The translations under genes were made by a program, and so were the position numbers. From positions 1,302,001 to 1,366,000 of the forward strand of contig JAPDFW010000059.1 in the NCBI GenBank assembly GCA_028826165.1: a stretch of 64,000 bases of DNA, written 5' to 3'. Within the stretch, counting starts at the first letter, position 1, and each line of letters starts with the position of its first letter. This DNA comes from Anaeramoeba ignava BMAN. Lineage: Eukaryota; Protista; Anaeramoebae. Below are positions 11,549 through 22,171 of the stretch, piece by piece. A model generated the notes under the pieces. The model did not search any database. It saw only the letters and a program-made list of their open reading frames with translations, and had not been told where the DNA came from.

Positions 11549-13317
11549 AATTTTGATTTTGATTATTAAATCTATTAATTAATAAATCAAATAAATTTGG
11601 ATTTGTTTGATTTAATTGAAAATAATCAATTCCTGTTTCAAGTTCATTAATTATTTCTTGTGTAATTTGAATTTCATTTTTAATTTGATTTGAATAAATC
11701 CAATATTCTAATATTTGAAATGATTTATTACTCAATTCACTATAATCTGTAACTTTATTTGATTTATCTTCAGTTACAGATAAAAACATTCCTCGATATA
11801 ATTCACTTCTCATTATTAATATTAATTTTGGAAATTTATATTGTTTTTCTTTTCTTTCAATAATAAAATCTTTTTCATTTTCATTTTCATTTAAATAAAT
11901 TCTTTTAATTGTTTCTTCTATTTTTTCATTTGAATTTATAATTTCTTTAATTTCAGAATATAATTTTGGATTTATTATGGAATTATTTGAATAAATCATT
12001 TCAAATATTTGATTTGATTCTTTAATTGATTTTTTTGAAATAATTTCTTTAAGTTTTTCAATTTGATTTTGATTTTGATTTAATCTATATTTCAATATTA
12101 ATTTATGAGCTTCAATTATTTCTCCATTTTTGGTTTTAAATGAAATATTACAAAATTCTTTTCTTCTAAATAATTTTATCAAATCTTCTTCAAGATTGGA
12201 AAGAGAAGGAGAATAATAAACAAATGATTTAAATTCTCCACAAGAAAAATGATAATTAGAAATTTCTTCATTAAATCTTAATTTAGGAAGTTCAATTTGA
12301 ATTGGAATTGATTGATTGTTTGTATCTTCAGTTCCTAATTGGCCCCAAGAATTATCTCCAAATCCTATTAATTTTGAATTTGAAGTTAAAATCAAAGTAT
12401 GTCTATTTCCAACAGAAAAATCAAGAATAATATCATCATTTTCAAATAAAGATGATTTGATTTCAGTAAATTCATAAGCATTTTCGTCTTCTTTGCCAAG
12501 TCCATTATATCTAGATATTCCACATGAATAAAGTTTTCTTTTTGGATTTTCTTTTTCATCTTCATTTTCAATCAACATTATTGAATGAAAATTCCCAGAT
12601 TGAATATCAATTATTTTGCCTTTTGGAATATTTTGGATTTTGATTAATTTAGGAACTTTTTCTTCTTTTCTTGATTCTCTTAATCCAAGTTGACCGAAAT
12701 AATTCCAACCACATCCAAATAATTCTTGATTTGAATTTAAAAGAAAAACAGATTGTGAAGTAGTTCCTGAAAATATTTTAGAAACATTTTTCATTATTAA
12801 AATTGGTTTTTCTGTTTTTTGAAGTGTTTCAGGATCTAAACCAAGTTGACTAAAAAAATTTGAACCAATTCCATAAACATTTTGATTTGAAGTTAATAAG
12901 TAAATTGAACTATTTCCAGAAACAATATCTTCAATTATTCTATCATTTTTATCTTCAATTAATGATGAAATATTGATAAATTCTTTTGAATTATTTGGAT
13001 TAATATCTTTTCCTTTTGCAAATACATTTCCTTCTATTGTTAAAATAGCTTCATTATCCCAACCAACAGTTACTTTTTGAATATTTTCTTCAATTTGGAT
13101 TTTTTGATTTGAATCATTTTCAATTAAATATTCTATTGCTTTTCCATTTTTAAAAAGGAAAATTGTTGAAAATAAATTTGATGAAATTTGTTTAATTTTC
13201 ATTTTCATTTTCATTTTCATTTTCAAATTTAAATTGAATTGGTTTTGTTATTTTATTTAATTTATTTTTGATAAGAATTGGATTATAATTTAAACCAAAA
13301 AATAAAATTTCATTCAT
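11547..13317 (-). CDS. RCC1-BTB-BTB protein, paralogue 5; family start ATG at 13317, with a ~5-nt deletion at the end of the (GAAAAT)n run (~13197) shifting the frame
   Basis: N-terminus MNEILFFGLNYNPILIKNKLNKITKPIQFKFENENEN is upstream in another frame. The remainder is ORF 11547-13226. Confidence 0.8.
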
Positions 13318-13382
13318 TTTTGAAAAAGAAAAAAAATGAAAAAAATAATTTTTGGAATTTTAAATATTTATGGTTTTATTTG

Positions 13383-16300
13383 TTAAAAATTTTTGAAAAT
13401 TAAATCAATTATTGAATTTGTATTTAATTGAAAATAATCTTTAACATCTTTAAATTCTTGAATCATTTCTTTTGTAATCTTTCTTCTTTCTTCAAATTCA
13501 TCGTGATAAAGAAAATAAATAATTTGATTCAATGTTTCAAATGATTTTTTTGAGTAATCATGAACTTGATTAGAGGAATCTTGGACATTTAAAAACATTC
13601 CTTTAAATAAATCACTTCTTGCGATTAATATTATTTTATGAACCTTAATTTCTTTTTCTTTCCCATTTTCCTCACAAATTATCGTAAAATCTTTTGTTTG
13701 GTCTTGCTGATATAAATTATGGAAATCCTTCAAAATCCCAATTCTTCCTCTTTTCGATTCAATCCAATTCGAATCGCATCCAATTTCTTTGAAAAAACTT
13801 TGCATTCTTTTTTCTTCTTCTTCGAAATCCATGAAAGTTTTTATTGTTGGATTAGTTAAACGAAATTTTGGATTGAATTGCTGATGGAAATAGTCGAAAT
13901 GATCAAAATCAGGAAAGCCAGTATAAATAAAATTCAGAGCCAAATCCACATTGTTTTTAGAGTGAATAAAGCAATTATCAATGAATTTCTGTACCATTTC
14001 TTCATCGTTATCAAACCTTAATAAAAGAATTGGTTTATGAGCTTGAAATTTGATTGAATCATTGGACTCAATTTGGATGTCTGACAAATTTTCATTTGAT
14101 TTGAATAAATTATACATATCTTGGTTGAGCGAATAAACTTGAGTTAATAAAATATCGAGTTTTTCATAAGACGGCATTTCGCTTAAATCAAAAAGAAATA
14201 AATCCCTCATTACAAAGAATCTCATCAGTTCATCATTGCTTGAATGGACTGATATTGAAAAAGGTGTTTGATTCATTGAATTTTTGATTTTATAATCAGC
14301 GCCATTTTCGATGAGAATTTTGACCACCTCAAATGAGTTTTTTTGGCAAGCCAAATGCAATGGCGTATTTTTGTGAGATCTTGTTTGCAAATTCACGTCG
14401 GCTCCTTTTTCAATCAGGAAATTTGCAATTTGGAACTGGTTACTGAGACTGCAGTAATGTAAAGGCGTTTCGTTATCTTTTGTTCTAATATTGACATCTA
14501 CTCCTTTTTCAATAAGCAATTTAACAACTTGAATCAGGTTATTTCGACTTGCAACATGAAGAGGCGATTCGTTTTTCTGTCCTGATTGTGTATTAACATT
14601 GGCTCCCTTTTCAATGAGAAATTGGGCTACATCAATCACACTATATTCACAAGCAAAGAACAAAGGTGTTTCTTGGAATGTTGTTTTTAAATCAATATTA
14701 GCTCCCTTCTCAACAAGAATTCTCACCAATTCGTATGAATTCTGTGTTCTGCACGCAAGATGCAAAATTGTTTGCTCTACAAATTTTGTTTTGATGCTGA
14801 GATTAGCTCCTGCGTTAATAAGAAGCTTGGCAGATTCAAACGAACCATGAATACAAGCAAAATATAACGCTGTTTCGTTATTTCCGAGTTTGGCGTTAAT
14901 ATTGGCTCGTTTCTCCACAAGAATTTTAACAATTTCAAATGAATCAAATTGTTTGCAAGCCAAAATTAAGGGTGTTTCTTTGTTGGAATTTTTGATATTA
15001 ATTTTCGCATTTTTGCTAAGGAGAGCCTTTACTGTTTCTGGTGAATTTTTTTCACAAGCAAAATGCAAAGGCGTTTCTTTGTTTGTTGTTGTCATATTCA
15101 CCTTTGCGTTTTTTGAAAGAAGATATTTAATAATTTCAAGTGATTTTTTTTGTTGGCAAGCAAAATGTAAAGGTGTTGAATTGTATATTGTTTGTGCGTT
15201 AACATTTGCCTTTTTAGAAATTAACAGTTTCACAGTTTCCAATGAATTTTCCTGTTGACAGACAAAATGCAAAGGCGCCATCTCTTTGTCCGTTTTTGCA
15301 TTAACATCTGCACCTTTTGAGATGAGATATCTAATGATCTCCAGTGAATTTTCCTTTAAATCTTGGCAAACAAGATGCAAAGGTGAGTATTTCTGGTATC
15401 TGTTGATATCATTGACATTAGCTCCATTTTCAACAAGAAATTTGATCACCTCAATTGAATTTTGGTGTTTACAGGCAAAGTGCAAAGGTGTTTCTTGATC
15501 ATTCAGGGTTTTCGAATTGGGGTTTACTCCCTTTTCAAGAAGAAATTTTACAGTTTCAAGTGAATTTTGTTGGCAAGCAAAGTGTAAAGGTGTTTCATTT
15601 TCATATTTTGTGTTAATATTCACATCTGCTCCATGCTCCACAAGATATTTCACAACCTCAAATGTGTTTTTCTGTTTGCATGCAATGTGCAACGGTGTTT
15701 CTTCGACAACCACATTGGTTCTTGCATTCACATCAACTCCTTTTTCGACAAGAAGCTTGATGGATTCCAATGAATTTTCGTGTCCACAGAGATAATGTAA
15801 TAAATCCTTCTCTGCTTTTTGTTCAAAAGTGATATTTGCTCCATTCTGAATAAGAATTTTGATTGTCTCGAAAGAATCATCTTGTTGACATGCCAAATGC
15901 AAAGGTGAAATGTATTGGTATATAGTTTTGGTGTTTACTTTTGCTCCATTTTCAATCAGATATTTAACAGTTTCAAATGAATTTTTCCTTTTACAAGCAC
16001 AATGCAAAGGTGTTTCTTCGCTAAAAGTGGAAGCATTCACATTGGCTCCATTTTCAATCAGATATTTAACAGTTTCAAATGATTCTTCTTGTCCGCAAGC
16101 AAAATGTAAAGGTGTTTCATGTCTATTTTCCTCAATATCGTTGATATCTGCTCCATTTTCAACAAGATATCTCACAACCTCAAAAGAATTATTGTTTTTG
16201 CAAGCATAATGCAAAGGTGTTTGTTGGAGATATCCTGCTTGATGATTTACATCTGCTCCATTTTCAACAAGAATTTCAACAATTTCCAATATTATTTTAT

Positions 16301-16754
16301 TTTTACAAGCAAAATGTAAAGGTGTTTCGCCTTCATTCTTTGTTTTTGAATTAATTTCGGCTCCTTTTCCAACAAGAAATTTAACTATTTCCAACAAATT
16401 TGCTTTGCAGGCAAAATGTAAAGGTGTTTCAGTGTTATATTTGGTTTTTGCATTAATTTCAGCTCCTTTTTCAATAAGATATTTTACAGTTTCAATTGAA
16501 TTTGCTTTGCAGGCAAAATGTAAAGGTGTTTCATGATCAATGGTTTTTGCATTAATTTCTGCTCCCTTTTCAATAAGCATTTTTACTACTTCAAATGAAT
16601 TTTTTTGTTCACATGCAAAATGTAAAGGTGTTTTTTGAGCTTGTGATTTTCTATTAATTTCAACTCCTTTTTCAATTAAAGATTTAACAATTTCAATTGA
16701 ATTTTCTTTTTGAAAAGCATTTATTAATTCTTGATATTTATGAAATTCTTCCAT
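13383..16754 (-). CDS. Intronless ankyrin-repeat (~24 repeats) + BTB-BTB protein
   Basis: Repeated ETPLHFAC...GADVN motifs and C-terminal BTB (KVHKIILIARSDLFKGMF). Likely start MEEFHK at 16754, behind a TCATTTT motif. Confidence 0.9.
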   Translation of the reverse strand: MEEFHKYQELINAFQKENSIEIVKSLIEKGVEINRKSQAQKTPLHFACEQKNSFEVVKMLIEKGAEINAKTIDHETPLHFACKANSIETVKYLIEKGAEINAKTKYNTETPLHFACKANLLEIVKFLVGKGAEINSKTKNEGETPLHFACKNKIILEIVEILVENGADVNHQAGYLQQTPLHYACKNNNSFEVVRYLVENGADINDIEENRHETPLHFACGQEESFETVKYLIENGANVNASTFSEETPLHCACKRKNSFETVKYLIENGAKVNTKTIYQYISPLHLACQQDDSFETIKILIQNGANITFEQKAEKDLLHYLCGHENSLESIKLLVEKGVDVNARTNVVVEETPLHIACKQKNTFEVVKYLVEHGADVNINTKYENETPLHFACQQNSLETVKFLLEKGVNPNSKTLNDQETPLHFACKHQNSIEVIKFLVENGANVNDINRYQKYSPLHLVCQDLKENSLEIIRYLISKGADVNAKTDKEMAPLHFVCQQENSLETVKLLISKKANVNAQTIYNSTPLHFACQQKKSLEIIKYLLSKNAKVNMTTTNKETPLHFACEKNSPETVKALLSKNAKINIKNSNKETPLILACKQFDSFEIVKILVEKRANINAKLGNNETALYFACIHGSFESAKLLINAGANLSIKTKFVEQTILHLACRTQNSYELVRILVEKGANIDLKTTFQETPLFFACEYSVIDVAQFLIEKGANVNTQSGQKNESPLHVASRNNLIQVVKLLIEKGVDVNIRTKDNETPLHYCSLSNQFQIANFLIEKGADVNLQTRSHKNTPLHLACQKNSFEVVKILIENGADYKIKNSMNQTPFSISVHSSNDELMRFFVMRDLFLFDLSEMPSYEKLDILLTQVYSLNQDMYNLFKSNENLSDIQIESNDSIKFQAHKPILLLRFDNDEEMVQKFIDNCFIHSKNNVDLALNFIYTGFPDFDHFDYFHQQFNPKFRLTNPTIKTFMDFEEEEKRMQSFFKEIGCDSNWIESKRGRIGILKDFHNLYQQDQTKDFTIICEENGKEKEIKVHKIILIARSDLFKGMFLNVQDSSNQVHDYSKKSFETLNQIIYFLYHDEFEERRKITKEMIQEFKDVKDYFQLNTNSIIDLIFKNF

Positions 16755-16822
16755 TTTATAAGAAAAGAAAAAATGAAAATTCATTTTTTTTCATTTTCTT
16801 TTCAAAATTTTAAATAAAATAA
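16755..16822. promoter_or_regulatory. 68-bp divergent intergenic region with back-to-back TCATTTT motifs
   Basis: AAAATGAAAATTCATTTTTTTTCATTTT between the ankyrin-BTB and BTB-TLDc starts. Confidence 0.55.
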
Positions 16823-18226
16823 ATGGAAAATTATTTAAATTTAGAAAAACTTTCAAATGACTTAGAAAATTTATTCCAAAATCAAAATCAAAATGAAAAC
16901 CAAAATGAAAGTTATTTTGATTTTGAAATAATTTGTGAAGAAAATCAAATTTCGTTTAAAACTCACAAATCGATTCTTTCTTCAAGAAGTCATTATTTTA
17001 AAACACTTTTTAAATCCAAAATGAAAGAATTCCAAGAAAATAAAATGATTCTAAAAGATTTTTCAAGTTCAATTCTATTTTCAATTTTGAATTATTTTTA
17101 TTCAGGAAAAATTGAAATTAATTCAGAAAATGCAATTCAAATTTTATTTTTTTCATCAAAATATTTAGTTGATGAATTAATTGAAATTTCTTCAATTTTT
17201 ATCAAAAAGAATTTACAAATTGAGAATATTATTGATGTTCTTAAATTATCTGAATCAATGAACCTAAATCAATTATTAGATTTTTCTTATCAATTTATAC
17301 TAGAAAATTTTGAAGAATTCTCCAAAACTTCATTTTTTCTTGAACTTGAAGAAAATCACTTAAATTCACTATTATCAAATGGTGATATTGCAATAAATGA
17401 ATTTCAAGTTTTTCAGTCATTAATAAAATGGGGAAAGCATAAATCAAATATCAATCAAGACAAGCAGAAATTAAAAAATCAAATTTCAAATCTTATTGAT
17501 AAAATCAGATTTATTGATTTCTCAAAAAAAGAACTTGAAGATACATTGAAAGAAGATTTAATTCCAAATGAAATTACACAAAAATTAATTGAATTCCAAA
17601 AACTTCAAAATGGAAAAGATGAAAGAAAATTAAATCAATTTATCGAAAAAGAAAATTCATTAATTTTCACACCCAAAATTAAATTTAAATCCAAAATACT
17701 TCAACATAATGAGCATCTTCAGAAATTAAAAGAATGGATCAATGATAATGAATTTTTTTACAAAATGAAATTGGGATATTCAGCAAGAAGAGATGGGTTT
17801 CTTTGCAAAGATTGGCATAAAAAAGTTGATGATCAAGGAAAAACATTGATTCTTATCAAAACAACAGAAAATTATATTTTTGGAGGATTTACTGAAGTTG
17901 GATATGTTTCAGGAAATCCAAGATTTCTTTTTGATCCTGATGCATTTATCTTCACTTTGAGAAATCCAAGAAAAGATCCTCCACAAAAATTACCAGTTAC
18001 ACCAGGTTTTGAAGATAAAGCCATTTATTATCATTATGATTACGGTATTTATTTTGGAAACGATATTCGAATGACAAGTTATAGTTTATCATCTGGATAC
18101 TTTAATTTAGGATCAATTTACGCACTTCCAGAAGGAATAGAATATCAATCAGTTGAGGCATTCACATATCTTACAGGATCTTTTGATGAATGGATTGTTG
18201 AAGAAATTGAATGTTTTTTCATTTAA
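16823..18226 (+). CDS. BTB-BACK-TLDc protein
   Basis: BTB (FKTHKSILSSRSHYFKTLF), BACK-like region, TLDc (YSARRDGF...HKKVDDQGKTLILIKT..YIFGGFT...EIECF). Confidence 0.9.
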   Translation: MENYLNLEKLSNDLENLFQNQNQNENQNESYFDFEIICEENQISFKTHKSILSSRSHYFKTLFKSKMKEFQENKMILKDFSSSILFSILNYFYSGKIEINSENAIQILFFSSKYLVDELIEISSIFIKKNLQIENIIDVLKLSESMNLNQLLDFSYQFILENFEEFSKTSFFLELEENHLNSLLSNGDIAINEFQVFQSLIKWGKHKSNINQDKQKLKNQISNLIDKIRFIDFSKKELEDTLKEDLIPNEITQKLIEFQKLQNGKDERKLNQFIEKENSLIFTPKIKFKSKILQHNEHLQKLKEWINDNEFFYKMKLGYSARRDGFLCKDWHKKVDDQGKTLILIKTTENYIFGGFTEVGYVSGNPRFLFDPDAFIFTLRNPRKDPPQKLPVTPGFEDKAIYYHYDYGIYFGNDIRMTSYSLSSGYFNLGSIYALPEGIEYQSVEAFTYLTGSFDEWIVEEIECFFI

Positions 18227-18324
18227 TCAAAAAAAAAAGGAGAAGAAAAAAAAATTTTTTTTTTCATTTTTTTATTTTTCATTTTTCATTTTTTTTTTAA
18301 CAATTAAAAATAAAAATTCACTTA

Positions 18325-19614
18325 ATGATTCTTTTCGATTCAAATTATTTTACTTATCAATCAAATGAACTTTATTGTGAATCAACACAAATCAAAAAAA
18401 TTATTGAAGAAACAAAAACACCAGTTTATATTTATAGTAAAAAATTTTTCACAGATCGAGTTGAAGAATTAAATGAAGCATTTTCAGAAATCAAGCATAA
18501 AATATTTTTTTCAGCCAAATCCAATTACAATATCAACACAATCAAAATTTTTCACAATTTGGGATGTGGAATTGATGTGAATTCAGAAGGTGAAATTTTT
18601 CGAGCAACTAAAGCAGGTGTTGAAGGAAAAGATATGATATTTTCTGGAGTTGGAAAAACCAAAGAAGATATTGAAGCAGCTTTGAAAATAGGGATTCACA
18701 TGATCAAAGTGGAATCTTTCCAAGAATTGGAATTAATTAATGAAATTGCCAGTCAAAAAAACTTGGTTGCGAATATTGCTATTAGAGTCAATCCAGATGT
18801 TGATCCTCAAACTCATCCATATATCTCAACTGGATTGGCAAAAAACAAATTTGGAATTTCTTCATCGCAAGTTCTTGAAATTTTCCAAAAGGGAAAAGAA
18901 ATGAAAAATATTAATTTTGTGGGAATTGACATGCATCTTGGTTCGCAAATCAAAAATTCTGGACCTTTTGTTGATGGAGTTGAAAAATTAGTTGAACTGG
19001 TGAACAAACTGAAAAATCAATTTGGAATTTCTCTTTCTCATTTGGATATTGGAGGAGGAATTGGAGTGAGTTATGAGCCTTCAGAACCACATTTGAATGC
19101 GAAAACGATCATTTCCGATTTGGTTCCCATTTTCAAAAAAGTGGATTGTGAAATTTATATTGAACCAGGAAGATTTTTAACAGCAAATGGAGGAATTTTA
19201 GCAACTCAAGTTCTTTTCACAAAGAAAAATGACATGCAAAAAAATTTTGTTATTGTTGATGCAGCAATGACTGATTTGATTAGACCATCTCTTTATAAAT
19301 CATACCACCATATTCAACCGGTGGATCTTTACGAGTCAGAAACTTATGTTGCAGATATTGTTGGTCCTGTTTGCGAGTCAGGAGATTTTCTGGCTCTTCA
19401 AAGAGAAATTTCCAAATGTAAATCTGGTGATTATTTGGCTGTTTTCTCTTCTGGAGCTTATGGAATGGTTATGTCTTCAAATTATAACGGAAGAAGAAGA
19501 CCTCCTGAAGTTTTTGTTGATGGAAACCAATTTTTTATTGGCAGATCAAGAGAATCTTTTGACTATTTGATTTTTGATGAAAAAATTCAAGAAAAACTTC
19601 ATCAAAAGAAATAA
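18325..19614 (+). CDS. lysA: Diaminopimelate decarboxylase (PLP fold III), bacterial type
   Basis: PLP lysine motif SAKSN, RVNPDVDPQTHPYISTGL..KFG, HLGSQ, EPGR, GPVCESGD, GAYG.MSSNYNGR.RPPEV. Confidence 0.93.
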   Translation: MILFDSNYFTYQSNELYCESTQIKKIIEETKTPVYIYSKKFFTDRVEELNEAFSEIKHKIFFSAKSNYNINTIKIFHNLGCGIDVNSEGEIFRATKAGVEGKDMIFSGVGKTKEDIEAALKIGIHMIKVESFQELELINEIASQKNLVANIAIRVNPDVDPQTHPYISTGLAKNKFGISSSQVLEIFQKGKEMKNINFVGIDMHLGSQIKNSGPFVDGVEKLVELVNKLKNQFGISLSHLDIGGGIGVSYEPSEPHLNAKTIISDLVPIFKKVDCEIYIEPGRFLTANGGILATQVLFTKKNDMQKNFVIVDAAMTDLIRPSLYKSYHHIQPVDLYESETYVADIVGPVCESGDFLALQREISKCKSGDYLAVFSSGAYGMVMSSNYNGRRRPPEVFVDGNQFFIGRSRESFDYLIFDEKIQEKLHQKK

Positions 19615-22050
19615 ATTTTAAATAAATTTTAAATCAATTTTATATTAATTTTATATCAATTTTATATCAATTTTATATCAATTTTATATCAATTTTATAT
19701 CAATTTTATATCAATTTTATATCAATTTTATATTAATTTTATATTAATTTTATATCAATTTTATATTAATTTTAAATAAATTTTAAATCAATCCAAATAT
19801 TTAAATAAAATTTTATATCAATTTTAAATCAATTTTAAATCAATTTTATATCAATTTTATATTAATTTTAAATTAATTTTATATTAATTTTATATCAATT
19901 TTAAATTAATTTTTATATCAATTTTATATCAATTTTATATCAATTTTAAATCAATTTTATATCAAATTTATATCAATTTTAAATCAATTTTAAATCAATT
20001 TTATATCAATTTTTAAATCAATTTTAAATCAATTTTATATCAAATTTATATCAATTTTAAATCAATTTTAAATCAATTTTTAAATCAATTTTAAATCAAT
20101 TTTATATTAATTTTAAATCAATTTTAAATCAATTTTATATTAATTTTATATTATTTTTTATATCAATTTTAAATCAATTTTATATCAATTTTATATCAAT
20201 TTTATATCAATTTTATATCAATTTTATATCAATTTTAAATCAATTTTAAATCAATTTTATATCAATTTTAAATAAATTTTAAATCAATCCAAATATTTAA
20301 ATAAAATTTTATATCAATTTTAAATCAATTTTAAATCAATTTTATATCAATTTTATATTAATTTTAAATAAAATTTTAAATTAATTTTAAATTAATTTTA
20401 TATTAATTTTATATCAATTTTAAATCAATCCAAATATTTAAATAAAATTTTATATTAATTTTAAATCAATTTTAAATTAATTTTAAATCAATTTTAAATC
20501 AATTTTAAATCAATTTTAAATCAATTTTAAATCAATTTTATATCAATTTTATATCAATTTTATATCAATTTTAAATCAATTTTAAATCAATTTTAAATCA
20601 ATTTTAAATCAATTTTATATTAATTTTATATTAATTTTAAATCAATTTTAAATCAATTTTAAATCAATTTTATATCAATTTTAAATCAATTTTATATCAA
20701 TTTTATATCAATTTTATATCAATTTTATATTAATTTTATATTAATTTTATATTAATTTTATATTAATTTTATATCAATTTTAAATCAATTTTAAATTAAT
20801 TTTAAATCAATCCAAATATTTAAATAAAATTTTAAATTAATTTTATATCAAATTTATATTAATTTTAAATCAATTTTAAATCAATTTTATATTAATTTTA
20901 AATCAATTTTAAATCAATTTTATATTAATTTTAAATCAATTTTATATTAATTTTAAATCAATTTTAAATCAATTTTAAATCAATTTTATATCAATTTTAA
21001 ATCAATTTTATATTAATTTTATATCAATTTTAAATCAATTTTATATCAATTTTATATCAATTTTAAATCAATTTTAAATCAATTTTATATCAATTTTAAA
21101 TCAATTTTAAATTAATTTTATATCAATTTTAAATCAATTTTATATCAATTTTAAATCAATTTTATATCAATTTTAAATCAATTTTATATCAATTTTAAAT
21201 CAATTTTATATCAATTTTATATCAAATTTATATCAATTTTATATTAATTTTATATCAATTTTTAAATCAATTTTAAATCAATTTTATATCAATTTTAAAT
21301 CAATTTTATATTAATTTTATATCAATTTTAAATCAATTTTATATCAATTTTAAATCAATTTTATATTAATTTTATATCAATTTTAAATCAATTTTATATC
21401 AATTTTATATCAATTTTAAATCAATTTTAAATCAATTTTATATCAATTTTAAATCAATTTTAAATTAATTTTATATCAATTTTAAATCAATTTTTATATC
21501 AATTTTAAATCAATTTTATATCAATTTTAAATCAATTTTATATCAATTTTAAATCAATTTTATATCAATTTTATATCAAATTTATATCAATTTTATATTA
21601 ATTTTATATCAATTTTAAATCAATTTTATATTAATTTTATATCAATTTTAAATCAATTTTATATCAATTTTAAATCAATTTTAAATTAATTTTTATATCA
21701 ATTTTATATCAATTTTATATCAATTTTATATCAATTTTAAATCAATTTTAAATCAATTTTATATTAATTTTATATCAATTTTAAATCAACTTTATATTAA
21801 TTTTATATCAATTTTAAATCAATTTTATATCAATTTTATATCAATTTTATATTAATTTTATATTAATTTTATATTAATTTTAAATCAATCCAAATATTTA
21901 AATAAAATTTTAAATTAATTTTATATCAATTTTATATCAATTTTATATCAATTTTAAATCAATTTTATATTAATTTTATATCAATTTTATATCAATTTTA
22001 AATCAATTTTAAATCAATCTTAAATATTTAAATAAAATTTTATATTAATT
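19612..22050. repeat. ~2.4-kb 11-bp minisatellite (TTTTATATCAA/TTTTAAATCAA/TTTTATATTAA)n with recurrent ATCAATCCAAATATTTAAATAAAA interruptions
   Basis: Directly visible, intergenic between lysA and the microexon gene. Confidence 0.95.
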
Positions 22051-22171
22051 TTAAAATCCAAAAAAATAAAAACAAAATCCAAAAAACGTTTTTTTTATTT
22101 ATTTTTCATTTTTTATTTATTTTTCATTTTTTATTTATTTTTTTTATTTTTCATTTTTTTTTTGATTAAAA

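Noticed and set aside
14599-16319. Plus-strand ORFs opposite the ankyrin gene (also antisense ORFs at 38185-39186, 49130-49741 and elsewhere)
   Set aside because: Antisense shadows of repetitive coding sequence
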